Positions 1 to 13,799 of a stretch of DNA of 64,000 bases are shown piece by piece (the stretch's first letter is position 1; each line of letters starts with the position of its first letter). This DNA comes from Octopus sinensis. Its lineage: Eukaryota. The position numbers and the translations under genes were made by a program. Location of the stretch: assembly GCF_006345805.1 (NCBI RefSeq), contig NC_043009.1, positions 20,584,001-20,648,000 on the forward strand, given 5' to 3'. The notes beneath the pieces are model-generated. The model made no database searches. It saw only the letters and a program-made list of their open reading frames with translations, and was not told where the DNA came from.

Positions 1-612
1 TTTTTATGTTGCAAAGACAAAAGATGTTATTTGTTCCATGTTTGTTTGGTTGAACCTATTTACATGTGTATTTATTGTGTGTGTGTATGTGTATATACAA
101 TTGATGTATGGCTCTGTGGTTGAGTGATTTGGAGCATTCTGTAAATTTTGTTGCCTCCAACTCCAAATATTCCCATTGTAAAGTAGTTGTGTTATCAACC
201 AGACACATTAAGGTAAGCAGAAAGTATGTCAGTGTAAAGTGCTTAACACAAATCCTTGTGTAAAACGATTTTGTTGTGAAATATAAACTTTAAATCCTCT
301 CCTTTTCTTGTCTTCTGTTTTCTTTCTGTTCTCTCACCAGGCATCGTCAAGGTAAACATTAAAACACCACCAAATATAGTCCAACACCTTATAAATACAA
401 CCAGCAATTGGCCAAATACCTTATAGCCATGTCAAGTCAGTAGTCAACACTGTTTTCTTGTGTCAGCTGTGTAGCTTCTCTATGAATGTGAAATTCCTGC
501 AGATGCTGCAAATGGCCAAACTGGTCTAGCAGAGACCACAGGTGGACAGTTTAATTAGCTACTAAGATGGTTCTGCAGATGAGGGATGGGTGGAGCTAAT
601 AAGTGAGCATTT

Positions 613-1600
613 TTATTTGGAGATTATTATGCCAGACGTGATAAAAAGCTCTGCAACAACATCACAGCCACCAAATCTCTGTAATGAGTAACAAAGGAGA
701 GTCACCGACAATTCTGGCTTCGCAGAAACTTTACTGGGGATCATTTGAGAGAGAGAGAGATTGATGGTGTTAGAAGACTTTGTTGTTAATGATTGTCTGC
801 ATAAAGATATTGGAAATGAATGCACTATGGCAACCGTTGCCAGGGTGAGGGAGGTTTCCTTTGTTGCTGATGGGATGCACTTGCATGTTTTCAAAGGTCG
901 GGATAAATCTCTGTAGAAATGGAGAGATTAAAGAGATTAGATGTGGATGCTGTGGTGTTTGAGAGAAGGAACTTCATCTGAGCTGGTTTGAAGCAATTGA
1001 AGTTACTTTCACTGTTGTTGTGAATTCATTTCAAGTGGTCCTGAAGATTAAATATAATGGGTGGGAGTTGGCTGCAAAGGTGAAGAGGTGGGGAAGGACT
1101 TTGCAACTTTGGGGAAAACCTCTTTGGCAGGGGACCAAAATGATCAGCTGCAGCTCAGAAACTGAAATACCTTGAAAGCTGGATAATGTATGAAGATATC
1201 TGTCATAGATTGATTGTGATCTTGCACTGTGATAAACACTACCTTATTTGTGTGGTTTTGGTGTGGGAGAGTTTGCCCAGGCGGAGTAGGGTTTTTTGTT
1301 TTGTTTTATTTTATCCTGAACAGCTTCTGTACAACCAAGTGGACAACTTGAGTGAATTTGAGGTTTTAGGGGTTTGTTTGGTGCAGGATGTGGAGGAATA
1401 TTTCTAAAAAAAGTTTCAGTTATTTACCTCCCTGTTTATCATGACTCAGAAATGAAGCACATTTGTTGCTGGTGGGGTTGGTGTAAAACCAGCAGAGCTT
1501 CAATCAGTTGGTTGAAGTGCTTTGTGGAGGGTGGGGGGGCAATAAGGCAGAGGTTAAACTTTCTGAGAAGTGCAGTTTGGTAGAAATTAGATTTGGAAGT
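613..1600 (-). mobile_element. Old, heavily degraded retroelement fragments, probably Penelope-like
   Basis: Block ~890-940 (ttcaaaggtc...ctgtagaaa.ggagagattaaagag) recurs at ~4939-4990, and 1170-1190 recurs near 5225-5245. Minus-strand translations give only faint PLE-like remnants with many stops. Confidence 0.4.
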
Positions 1601-2949
1601 AAGAAAGAGCTGAAGGGTGTCAGGGACGTGTGTGTGTGTGTGTTAATCTGAATGTGTTTAGAAGATGAAACAAGTTGATGAAAAGAGTTGAGAGTTACAA
1701 AAGATTCAATTTCTGCAACTGTGCCATGGGTGAGAAAGCCACAGTGACCATGATGATTCTGGAAAGAGTAAAGTTAGATATATGGAGGAGATATAGTCAA
1801 GAAAAGGCCTGAGCAGGGAATAGATTTGAAAGAGCTGGTGTTTTAGGGAGAAAAAATCTCAATACATTGGTTAGTACCTCCTCAACAACAGAACATGAAT
1901 ATGACACATTACCAATATATTCTTCACTTCGGTCCATATTTCATTTTCAAGTTTTACTTTTTGAGTCTGCTCTTTGCTGACAACATAATTCCCCATTAAA
2001 TTTGACTTATTGACTATTTAAATCTTGTTTAGAAAAAGTTAAAATACTTATAACAACCTTGAGTCTTTCAGGCAGGACTTTAATGAAAGCAGTTCTAACT
2101 TCTTGTGTGATGCCTTCCATGTTTATTGGCAAATGGTTTTAGGAACTACTAAATCAGTGTAACTTGACCTGGCCCCCTCTGTTTGCTGTCACTTTTTTCT
2201 GCCCCTGTTGTTTACTGTCTCCATTATTTATTGACTCCAGTTCTTGTGTAGTATTTATTCTCCCTGTCAATAATGAAAATTAAATTTAATCTCTGCTGTC
2301 ATTTGAAATCACAATGTAAAAAAACAAAATTAGAAATATCTTGCATTTTACCCTTTCAGTGACTAGGTTTCTTTCATGCCAAGCTATAATTTAATAAGAT
2401 AAATCACATGAAGTAACTCAAATGAACCAATGATATGAATTGAGATGAATTAGTTCAGAGCTGATGTAGCAAAAGCTGTTTGGAAATAATTTTAAATCCA
2501 GTGAAATTGTTTGTTTTTTATAGAAAGACAAGCCACCTGGAAGTATATGTTGGTAACTCATAAAGACAAGGGGAGACCATTCCAAGATATTGATTTTCAT
2601 ATTGAAAGGAAAAATCCGATCTTTTTATATATTGGGACATCTACCAACATACTGCACCTCAACAGCAAAGTAAGTTCTAATACTTGCACAATGCCTCAAA
2701 TATTTGTTGTGGATGGGGAGTATATATCTGATGAAATTGTCCCTGGTACTTGACCAGAAAAATTTTTTTTCCTTTATTTCATTAAGACAAGTTGACTTCA
2801 GCAGGATTTGAACTCAGAATGTTACCCATGCCAGCATGGAAAGTGAATGTTAATCAACGATGATGAGTTGTTTTGTACAGCACTTGATTCTGAGCCACTA
2901 GAAAAATAATAACAATCGTTCTTCTCTTATGTGTATCCTACTGAAACAC

Positions 2950-5280
2950 TCCTTTAACTTTTAATCTACAACAATTTGAATAAATCTGCAGCTGTTTGCA
3001 GGAGAGGTTACTGTGTTGGTATGGACTTCTGGTCTTTGTAGGAACGGGGGTTGGTGTTCATTAGGGCTTCCGGTCTGTGGTGGAGTGGTGGCTGTACTAC
3101 GAAGCTCTGATGCATCTTAGAGTTGGTTTGAGACATAAATAGAGAATAAGATGAAAGCCTGGAAAAATAGGTGAAATTAGATCTCATTACCTTGGAACTT
3201 GTACATGGGTGGCAATACACTCTATACCTGAACCATTCAAACTAAATATGTTGCGTATGGCTCTGATGTTGATGATGATGATAAGAATGACCATGGCAAC
3301 AATGAGAGTGGCAGTGATGGTGTTTACATTGGGATATAAATCCAAATATGGCATGTGTTGATTGTGGGATGATAACCTTCTCTTTGTCAATGTCTAAACC
3401 TCTCAACTGATTAGAAAACAACGACAAGTGAAACGAAAAAAAAAGTGTTTTAATGAATTCTACTTTGGGAAGGATAAAAAGTAGTGATAGGTGTGGAATG
3501 GTAAGGAGTGTTTTGTAAGCAAAGCAGGCACAATGGTAAGTGGTATTCATTATGGTAGATCAGCAGCCATTTGAGCATTTGGTGAGAGTGACACATGAGG
3601 AAGGCATATGTCAGCATCGTGACAGTTAATCACCAGGCTTCTATTAAGTAACCCAAATCTTTCTAATAAATTATGTAACAACATGAACAGTTACATTAAG
3701 GTCTGCAGATATCTTAGCTCAGTAACAGGTGGAAAACAAGAAATTATTTAATTCTGAAGCTGCCTATCATATTTCAGCCTTTGAACAGAATTTGAAAATA
3801 AACTAAAGACAACAGAAAAAAATATATGATTCCTTCCATAAATGATAATGTTACTTGAGAAATAATAGCATTCCTGGTTGACAGTGAAAAAACAACTTTA
3901 TAACCGATACACCTTGTATTACTGGTACTTGTTCACTTAAAACAGGCCAATGTCATTTCAGTAATAACATTTCACTAATATTCAGGTTGTTGACCATCTT
4001 GTTAGTTCTTTAATTACTAATTTATTTGTGTTAACATTGTCACAGCTTGTGGTACACCAGCTGTAATGTTTACAACATTAGGAGCAATTGTAAGAGCTCT
4101 TGTATATCACTAACCCATGATTAAGGGTAGCATGTGCATTCCCTTGCTGTTGAAAGAAATTAGATTAATGTGTCCCAATTGGAGATGCTTTCAAAGTTCT
4201 GTTCATAGATTAGGTTCACCTTTTGTATATGGAGTTAAGGTTGTGAGTGAAGGGTTCCTGGTGAGAGAGGGTTTGAAAAGTGTCACCTGTATAAGAGTAC
4301 GAATTGTTGAACAGAATAGCAAGTGTGGCTGGAAGGAAGAGAGTGGTGCAAACTGAAACTAAGGGCTGCCAAAGGCTAGAGTTGATAGAACATGGGACAA
4401 AAATTGATCTCTTAATAAATGCCATGATTGTGTGATCTGATTGGAAGCTATTGATCCAAGAGATGAGGGGAATGTATACGCTAACAATTTTGATCAATTT
4501 GCAGGCAGGACATGGTTGAAGGCTTTTCTGGTGACAACAGTGATAACATTACTGTTGAAACTAAATTCCTCCAAGACCAGAGTTACTGATGAGTGACTTA
4601 GGGATGGTGGGATATGGCTTTATGGAAACTATATTGGTGGTGGTTAAGGGAAGAGAAAGAGTCCTATAAAGGATTTTGTCCTTTCTCCTCTTAAATCTTT
4701 TTATGATCCTCATTCAATTTCCATCAAGTGCGGCTCCTATTTCAGGTTGTGTTCATAATGAACTTGGCTTAAGTGTACCTCAGCTTCAGGATGAAAAATG
4801 TACAAACAGATATTGAAGATGTTACAATACATTATTGATAATAGCTGTTTTTATTATGTTAGAGATTAATGTTATAAGGAGATACTAACTTAAGTTAGAG
4901 AAGTTGTCTTTCTTGGGGATGAAACACCCTAGTTTGCTTTCAAAGGTCTGGAAAGATTTCTGTAGAAAAGGAGAGATTAAAGAGTTTGAAAGAACATTGT
5001 GAAGTCCAGTGGCCTTGTAGGTAATTTTCTACTTGGCATGTGATTATAGAAGACAATGCTAAAAGAGTGGAAGGGATAGGATATGGAGGGCAATGGAAAG
5101 AGTGGAGCTAGCAGCTAAGATGAAGATGAAGGGGTTTTTTTTTTCATCAGGCTGCTACTGTCAGAACAAACGGAGGGAAAAAGAATATTGGAAATTTGGG
5201 GGTTAGGGACCACAAGTTTGGAAGACAGAATAACTTGAAAGCTGTGCAATGCGCAGAGTAAAAGGGGTTTAACAGATGTT
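2950..5280 (-). mobile_element. Cluster of degraded retroelement fragments (same family as 613-1600, likely PLE)
   Basis: Sequence homology to 613-1600. Minus-strand remnants such as KDQKSIP and CRFIQIVVD*KLKECFSRIH weakly resemble PLE thumb and GIY-YIG regions. No intact ORF. Confidence 0.4.
4681..4810. repeat. Dispersed repeat, homologous to 6361-6500
   Basis: Both copies share ttaaatcttt..tcaagtg..gctcctatt..aacttggctt..aatgtaca. Confidence 0.7.
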
Positions 5281-7069
5281 ATGTTGCTAAGTAAATGTCA
5301 TCCAGTATTTTTGGAGGAGAGATGAGTTTCTCCAAGCATTGTAAGATTTATTTTATTTATTATTTGCCTGAATAGTTTCATTTCAACTATGACTGGACCC
5401 CTTGGAAGACTTGACATATGGATTCTATTAAATATTAATTTAAACCAATCACTAACAACATGTCTTAACTTAGGATTCCATAGATTCACTAACATCAACC
5501 TGTCTTATGATGTGATGGAATCACTACCAACATGAGGAGTTGGTTGTGCCTCTAATGATATATGGTGTTTTACCTCTAATCTAATCACAGTTGAACTAAA
5601 CTTTGCCAGTCATGGTTAAATCACTTCAAATAATTTATGGATGTTTAACGTTTTTGAAATATACGAAGCCATGTAATGGAATACAAGATCTTCTAAATAG
5701 TCACAGAATACACTCGCAAGTTAAACAGTTTAATACTGGTCTGATCTGAAAATAACCTTGAAAATTACAATAGCTGCTGCACGCTTATCTAACTTCCAAT
5801 TATCTCCGAATCATGACATTTGTTGCACATAATTTGATGCTCAAAATTCAGATCATGATTTCTTCAAGTCTCTACTGAGGAGGGGGGGGGGGGTATTTGT
5901 TACAAAATGGCATCTCTTTGTATTCTCTTTGGAAAGACTTAACTTCACATCAAAATGTAAAGACAAGCTAGATATAATGTTTTGTGATTTACTAGATTCT
6001 AAGGGCCTCACAGAAATCTTCATTTTTCTTGTGGTTTCCAGAATGTCTTTTACTTTCTTCAGGCTCTTGTAAACAAATAGAATTATTCTTCCAAACTTTT
6101 TATGATTACATAAAGATATTAAATGACATCATCAACTGAATGGCAGGTTTACACCACCAACCGGTGCTTGGGTATCTTTAGAGGAGTCGGTTCTGTTGAC
6201 ACCCCACCTTTCATGTGCACACACACACACACACTGGCCTCTGGATACAATGAACTGCATCCATACTGATGTCAATATTTGGACCTTTAGAATATCTCAA
6301 TACCTTGATATAGTGTTTCCTATTGCAGCAACCCACTTAGGGTCCCACAAAATCTCAAGGGGTTTCGTCTTTTCCCCCTTTTAAATCTTTTAATGATATT
6401 CACTCAACTTCTGTCAAGTGTAGCTCCTATTCCAGACAGGGTTCAAAATAAACTTGGCTTTAGTCTGCCTTGTCATCAGAATGGAGAATGTACACACACA
6501 CACACACACTTGCTTTTATGCTATAATGATCTCTTTTATATAAAAACAATTTTACATTAAATTGAAAGATTACTCAATACATTCGGTAGAATACAAATTT
6601 ATTATTCTTTAACTTTAAAGTCACTGTCAGAACTACTCTTGTTAAAGAATAATTTTAATCTAAATTCTAGTTTTGTAGCTATAAGTTAACACTATTTTGT
6701 TTATATTCAGTGTTGAAATTTGTAATAATAAGGAGGTGTTGGCATAATGGACATATAATGCTAATGTTTCACTCCTTCCGCTTGTCTATTGACTCCCAGA
6801 CAATGTTTATGGTTTTAACTCTGTTCACACTGCTGTACTAAATGCTGCTGCCCAGCTGTCAAAACTATAGTGATATCCATCAGGCAGCTGATGATAGGAA
6901 TGTATGTTTGATATGCTTGTTGAATGTTTTGCAGCTTGGGGTCTCATTATTCTGAGTTGTCCTTTATGCATGGAAGGCTGAACATATTTTGGGGTTCATG
7001 GTTTATGGTAATTCTGTAGATTGATATTCCTTGATTGACTTAGCAGTTTTGAGATTTGAGAGGGTCTCT

Positions 7070-7385
7070 CATCATCATCATCATCAGCATCACTGAATGT
7101 CCACTCTCCATGCTGACATGGGTCGGACGGTATGGCATGGAACTGGTTCACAGGGAGCTGTCTGGACTCCAACTGTCTGTTGTGGCATGGCTTCTATGGT
7201 GGGATGCCCTTCCTAATGCCAACCACTTAACAGGATGTGCTGGATGCTCTTTGCATGCCACCAGCACAGGTGTGTTTTAAGTGGCACTGACACCTGAGAG
7301 GGTGACATCTGAAAGACAAACATTTTACTTAGCTTGATGTGTCAAGTACAGCAAATTGCCACACCTCCCGGTCCCTTGTCTCTAG
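7070..7385 (-). mobile_element. RTE-LINE 3' tail / SINE-like copy ending in (GAT)n
   Basis: Reverse complement of the tail gtggttggcattaggaagggcatcc...ccaacccatgctagcatgga...gatgatgat seen at the end of the RTE at 25010-26100. Confidence 0.75.
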
Positions 7386-7403
7386 TTGACTCATATTGCT
7401 GTT

Positions 7404-7730
7404 CAGTTCTATATTTAAGAGATGGGGAATTACGTACATTATTTACATTTGACGGATATTTGTCCTTAACTTGTTTGCCCACGGGCATATGGCGTAGTGG
7501 TTAAGAGCGCGGGCTACTAACCCCAAGATTCCGAGTTCTATTCTAGGCAGTGACCTAAATAATAATGATAATAACAACAACATCGAAAAATACCTTAGGA
7601 ATGAGAACCCAGGTTTGAAATTTCCCCCAAGACACCTGATGAAGGCTGGAGAGTATATCAGCCGAAACGTTGTGTTAACAACAAACACGACGAGGACAAA
7701 TATCCGTCGAATGTAAATAATGTACATAAT
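7404..7730 (+). mobile_element. tRNA-headed non-autonomous element with a hammerhead ribozyme and an inverted copy of its 3' tail
   Basis: tRNA-like head 7483-7555 with A box TGGCGTAGTGG (7490-7500) and B-box-like GAGTTCTATTC (7533-7543). Hammerhead at 7631-7676. Segments 7431-7477 and 7682-7728 are inverted repeats (41/47 identical). Confidence 0.8.
7631..7676 (+). ncRNA. Minimal type I hammerhead ribozyme motif
   Basis: Stem I GACAC(7631-35)/GTGTT(7672-76); core CTGATGA (7636-42) plus an extra A; stem II GGCTG(7644-48)/CAGCC(7659-63); GAAA (7664-67); loopless palindromic stem III ACGT; cleavage triplet GUU (7669-71). Confidence 0.75.
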
Positions 7731-8879
7731 ATTCATATTGCTGTTGTTTAAGCCCAAGTCATCCCTGATTAAGCACTTCTGTGACCAAAAGCATTGCAGC
7801 ATGACCATTCCACCTTATTTTCAGTCATTTTTATCTAAGACTACATTATCCATTTTTTAAGACACTATGGTATGGACTGAGGAAGATTGGCTGCTATTTC
7901 TAGAAAATGCATTGGCTATACAGAGACTTCTTTGTAATCTTCTATTTCAGTGTATTGTTACAACAAATGGAGCTGTAGATAACGTTCAGTAAAACCAGGT
8001 TTGGGTAAAGCTTATCAGTTCTGTGTCACTGCACAGAACTAAAACCTCTAAACTGTTGATAGTCACAAGAGTAAATAGAAACATTACGTATCTCAATACA
8101 CATGAAAATATATTGTTGTATAGACATATAGAGACGTTATTGTATATAAACACATCTATGACCACTGCTGTTTGGTTCCCTCCTAATATTTGCCTTCTCT
8201 CTCTCTCTCTTCTGATCTTGCCATGTCTGTCTGTTAGTCTTCAGGATTTTATACCCTACGATCATGCACCAACCTGCCACCTTGCTCTCAGCACACATTT
8301 GTTCTGTGATTCACAGCAGGTTGTCTTGTAGACACAGTTGTTGTCCTCTAGTTTCTACCTCTTTTGCCTTCTCTTTCTCAGATACATCAGCCAGAGCTTC
8401 ATTTCTTTTGGTTTGTTCAATAATTAGGAATTTTCTGCTAATGCACTTTAGTCTCCATCTGGTCCCCATTCTCATAAATGGATTGAGTGCTACTGCTGTG
8501 AGGGAGAAATTCCCAATTGTTTAGTCCCATCTGTTGTTGGTGTGGGTGATTCTCTTTGTCTTACCTCTAGGCAAGAAGTGCAGACGAGGGCACAAAGAAT
8601 CAAACTCCCTCGTTCACCAAATTCTACGTATCAGAGGAGGTTTCAAGTAGTGAAAGGGCATCAAAGCTAATGATAGTGCCCCAGCATGGCTGCAGCTCCT
8701 CTCATACTGAAAACTAGCAAAGAAAACATAATAAATATATGTTCATCCATATACATATATGTGTGTGTGTGTGTGTGTGGAAGCACTTGGCGTAGTGGTT
8801 AGTGTTGCACTTGTGATTGTTAAATTATGCTTTCAGTTCCTGGACTGGGCAGTGTGTTGGGTTCATAAGCCAAAGCACC

Positions 8880-9240
8880 ACTTTTTCTGTTGTTCCTGTC
8901 CACTCAGAGAGCAAAAAGGAATCATCCTACAACAGAGTGGCATCCTATCCAGGAAGGAATGTAAAAGGCACAGGATTCAGGAAACCAGCCCCATCAGCCT
9001 ATGATTCAGGAAGGATCTTGGATCCTTTAAATATATAAAGGTGTGCCATTCAGTTGGAGGATTAAGCAGACTCCACACTATGGCACTGGTTCCTTCTGCC
9101 AGCCCCAGCACAACTGTGCATTATGCAATAAAATGTGCAAATCTTTGGTGGGGCTCAAGAGTCATGCGAGGGACTCACATTACCAATGACTCATTGGAAA
9201 GATTCATTCTAGCAATGGCTTGGCTCATATATGAGAAAGC
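8880..9240 (+). mobile_element. RTE-type LINE 3' fragment with C2H2-like fingers
   Basis: Encodes KVCHSVGGLSRLH and CALCNKMCKSLVGLKSHAR, which parallel fingers 2 and 3 of the RTE at 36100-37530. Confidence 0.55.
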
Positions 9241-9254
9241 AACCACAATACATA

Positions 9255-9292
9255 TAGACAGATAGATTGATAGATAAATAGATAGATTGATT

Positions 9293-9331
<39 letters not shown>
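9255..9331. repeat. (GATA)n microsatellite
   Basis: Direct reading. Confidence 0.95.
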
Positions 9332-10379
9332 CTAAATATATGCATCTATAGATACATACATGCATAAATACATTCCTTCGTATGTACATATGGACATGTA
9401 TTATGTCCCATATGAGTTTTTGTGGGGAAGTGGTAAGCACATGTGAGTGAGTGTATATAAATCACGAGACAAAACTTTAGCACAGTTTTGTTTTATCTTA
9501 TATATATCATTGATTTTTTTTTTTTTTTCATTTCCCTATTAAATAGACAAGTTCATTTGGTATGATGACAGTCCAAAATCTATTTCTACCTTCGATGGTT
9601 TTCAAAAGCTTCCAGTCTTTATTTTGTGTCAGAAAATATTTCACAGATTCTAGTAATTGTTTAGTTTAAGAAGACAACCAGAAAGAATGATTCCGCTCAT
9701 TCTGTTTCCTCCAGACTAATGATTGGCCACAAGTATTTGTTAACAGTCAAGTTATGGGGTCAGCCATTGGTGTCAAGTGTCAATTATTTTCTATGAGAAT
9801 CTGTTAGTTTAGGTGGTTTGTCAAACTAAGAATTATTCCATCAGTACAACTAATAACATTCATTCCATGACTAAGCAATATTATTCTTGACTATTCTAGG
9901 CAGAGTATTTGTATTTTTAACAAGTGTTTTTGTGAAATGTTGTTGTTGCTGTTATTATTATCACCATCATCATCATTGAACAGTGGTGGCATCATCATCA
10001 CCATCATTGTCATCATCATCATCAACATCATCATTTTTATGTTCAATTTCCATGCCATCATGAGTTTGATGTGTCACAAAACCAACTCAAATCTTTTGTG
10101 CTCCTGCCTACACTGACACATCCAGGATTATGTCTCTCTTGTAGGTTTCTTAACGCCAACCACTTCACAGGGTGCATTCTCATGGCATCAGCACCAGAAA
10201 TGGTGTCATTGAGTCTTAAAGACTAAAGAGTCCTTTCAAACTTTCTTTGTCTCTCTTTATTCACCAACTCCCTTATTGGAATTTTCTGGATATGTTTCAT
10301 CATGGCACCAGCACTAGTGAGGTTTCTTTGTCTTCTAGAAGACTAAACAGACATCACTTCTCCATATTGTCTTTGTTCA

Positions 10380-10930
10380 ACACAACATAATGAAGAATGT
10401 AAAAAGAAGAGTGGTTGGTGACTGAAGGAAAGCCAGGGTGAGAGGGTGAAAGCAGAAAGAGTATGGTGTGAGAAACAGAGTGACAGGGATGAGATGGTAG
10501 TGAAGAAGGAAGTAACAGAAGAGAGACATTGATGGCAGCTGCATGTTGTTTGCTGGTAAGGGGGTTGATTAGACATATAGCATGAGTGGCATGGTGGGAG
10601 GGATGGGTGAGCGAGAAGGGACAGTTAAATAGAAGAGCAAGTAACAGGAGTGAGAGAGAGTGATATATTTCAACAATAAGTGATAAGAGAGGGAGTAATA
10701 TGACAGAGTGAGTGATGGATATTGATTACGAGTGACTCGGAACAGAGGGAGTGATGGTTGTAGTAGAGAAAGAGATGGTAATGAGTAGTGAATGGAGGCA
10801 GATCCAAAGCATCTGGTTACATTGACAGAATGGTACAGAGAATAAGAGAGATGGAAGGAATGGGAAGAGATGTTAGATGAGAGAAAAACAAACAAGAACA
10901 GTAGATGGGGAATTGAAAGAAACATTATAG
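10380..10930. repeat. Degenerate purine(GA)-rich low-complexity tract
   Basis: Strongly G/A-biased + strand; source of the spurious S/L/F-rich minus-strand ORFs. Confidence 0.7.
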
Positions 10931-11152
10931 AGGTGGGAGAGAGCCAAGATTATAAATATTAATGTATGTTTGTTTTGAAACAACATTGCCATTGCTTAAC
11001 AAATCTTTACCAAATTCCTCAAAGAGATCCAGATGTTGCTCAGAGCAATGCATGACCAAAAATATCGCAAATATAAGAAGTCCAAAATCAGAGAAATCCA
11101 ATATTAGTCCATATTAGCAGCAAGGAAATGCAGTCATTATTAAAAATAAATA

Positions 11153-12389
11153 TTGGGTCATTCCATAAATAATGCAGTCTTTTCAATTGCATGAGCTAAA
11201 AGTCGGAGGTGGACAAGATAAACAGCCTGCATCAATTTGCTATAAAAGCAGGTAGTAATTTTACTTTGTACTTATTCTTAGTGCAAGTTACTTTTTCAAA
11301 GCTATAATGGAAGTGACAAAGGAGCATATTCAGCATATTTTGCTTTATGAGTTCAATAAAGGTAACAACGCAACGGAAAGTGTGAGAAATATTAATGCAG
11401 TATATGGGGATCAGACAATAAGTGTAAGTTAGTGTCAAAGGTGGTTCCAGAAATTCTGAGCCAGAAACTACAGTTTTGAAGATGAACCTTATCTTGGAAG
11501 ATTTGTAGAGCTTGACGTGGATATCCTGCAAAACCCTGGTGGAACAAAATCCCACTGTAACTGTTGAGGGACTTGCAGAGAAGCTTGATTTGGTCATTCA
11601 ACCATTCACCGACACCTGCATGCCATTGGAAAAATCAGCAAATTGGGTCAGTGGGTTCCTCACAAGCTTTCCCAGTCTAAATGCGTTCAGAGAGTGAATG
11701 AGTGCTCTTCTTTACTGTCACATCTCACAAATGAGCCTTTTTTGGACCGAACAGTGACTGTTGATGAGAAATGGGTTCTCTATAAAAATGTCAGGTGCTG
11801 AAGACAGTGGGTAGGGAAAGGAGAAACACCAGCACCCCAGTCTAAAGAAGGTTTTCACCCATGTAAGGTGTTGTTATCTGTTTGGTGAGATATGAAAGGT
11901 TTAGTTCACTTTGAACTTTTAAATCCAAACCAAACAATAACAAAGGAGATCTACTGTGAGCAGCTTGAGCAGCTTAAGTCAGCACTAGAAGGAAAACGAC
12001 CATCTTTGGTTTCAAGGCGAAAGGTGTTCTTCCATCAGGATAATGCTTGGCCACATAGAGCAAGAATAACATTCCAAAGGCTGGAACAGTTTTGAATGGG
12101 AAACGATGCCCCACCCACCTATTCGCCGGACATTGCCCCATCCAATTACCATTTATTCTACAGTCTTCAAAATCATTTGAACGGAAAAAATATGAATTCT
12201 GTTGATGAGGTCAGAACCGTACTGGAGGAGTATTTTTTGTCATGGACAAGTGACAATTTTGGATAGATGGAAGAGCATTGTAGAAAATGAAGGAGAGTAT
12301 ATTTTAGATTAAAAAAGAACTTTGTTTATCTTAATTTTTAAAAATAAAAGAAGTATAAAAAAAGCCACATTATTTATGGGATGACCCAA
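11153..12389 (+). mobile_element. Full-length decayed mariner (DD34D, Hsmar1/SETMAR-like) DNA transposon
   Basis: TIRs ttgggtcattccataaataatg / cattatttatgggatgacccaa with TA TSDs (11151-52, 12390-91). Transposase remnant from ATG 11307 to TAA 12312 with LLYEFNKG, WVPH, VTVDEKW, HQDNAWPH, HPPYSPDIAPSNYHLF; contains stops and frameshifts. Confidence 0.95.
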
Positions 12390-13799
12390 TATTATTGTCA
12401 TGAGGAAAGGAAAGTTAACTAAAACAACTAGAATTCTGTTCATGACAACTGCCTATATTTTCAGTGACTAGAATATTCCTTAGAGGTATGGCACTGAGCT
12501 CTTCAATTTTGAAAGCTTAAACATTGAGATCAGTCATATTGGACTGTTTGCACTTGGTGACTAGATATACAATAATCCACTCAGAACATTTGGGTATGAG
12601 AAGATTAAGAATGAATCAGGTAATACAGGTGCTGTGCTGCTGATAAAACCATCTCAATTGAGGAGTGGTGAACAGGATGTTATCAAGAAAGAGATGAAAC
12701 CTGAGACATAAAAGAAAGTTTTTTTAAATCCTATGAGTTAACAGTTTACATGACAAAGGTGTTCCTAAGCACAGGATATAGGAATAAGCGACTGATGTGG
12801 TTTACTAATCCTATTTAATTACAGGAACCACAACTTTAAAAAAAATACTGAATTATTTTAATGGTAACATAAAGCGATATTTTAATAAAACAATTTTATC
12901 AAAATTAGAGCAATTCTAAAGGGCCAAAAAGGACTTATTATTAACTGAAATTCATTAGAAATCTGAACAAGTTCTGCAGCTGTGAAAAATTAGAAGAACA
13001 GAACAAGTTGAAATCTGAAGAGGTAGAATTTTTTGAAATTACCAAACTTTTATGAAGATATATAATATCACACTTGATATCTGATGGTATATTCAATAAA
13101 ATAATTTGATTAAAGATTATTTCTTATCTTTTAATAAAATATGAGTTTCAGAAGGATAAAAGGCAGAGTCGACCCCAACGAAATTTGAACTGTTTACATT
13201 CTGAGTTCAAACCCTGCTGAAGTTAATTTACTTTTCTTTTTCTAGGACTGAAAAAATAAAGTGGCAGTTAAGTAGTGGGGACAGTAGAACTGATCCCTCC
13301 ACTGACCCCCACAAATTTGTGCCTATATTAGGAAGCAATACTTTAAAAAAAGACTATAAAATGGATAATACCACACATATGTGACAGTGATGACAGATTG
13401 ATTAGGGGTATCCATCAATAGGTGGGTTCAGCTCTGTTAACTTCAAGAGGAAAGCAGCTATGTCTTTCATGCCTATCTTAAGTACATTCACTTATTTAGG
13501 AACTAAATCTGGTTAAGAGACTCAATTTACCAAGAACTGATCTTCCTCTTTACCATTTGACTACTGACAAGGAATGAACCTCATAACACAGTTTAATGGT
13601 CAGTCACTTCAGGCAAAAAACAAGACTTAGAAAAGATATGGCAAGCATAGGAAGTCAGGACCAGTCATTTTCTAGTAAGAGTTAGAAGGAGAGGTATTAG
13701 AGGCAGGGCTTTAAAGAGCAGATGCACCTTTTTGTCGCCAACTGTTATCTAGTTTTCAAGTAAGGGATTTTATTTTTCTATCCCAGAGGAACTTCAAAG

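Noticed and set aside
6440-6482. Minus-strand CTGATGA..GGC..GCC as a possible hammerhead
   Set aside because: Followed by AAGTT rather than GAAA in both this copy and its homologue at ~4760-4790; the core is not conserved between them.
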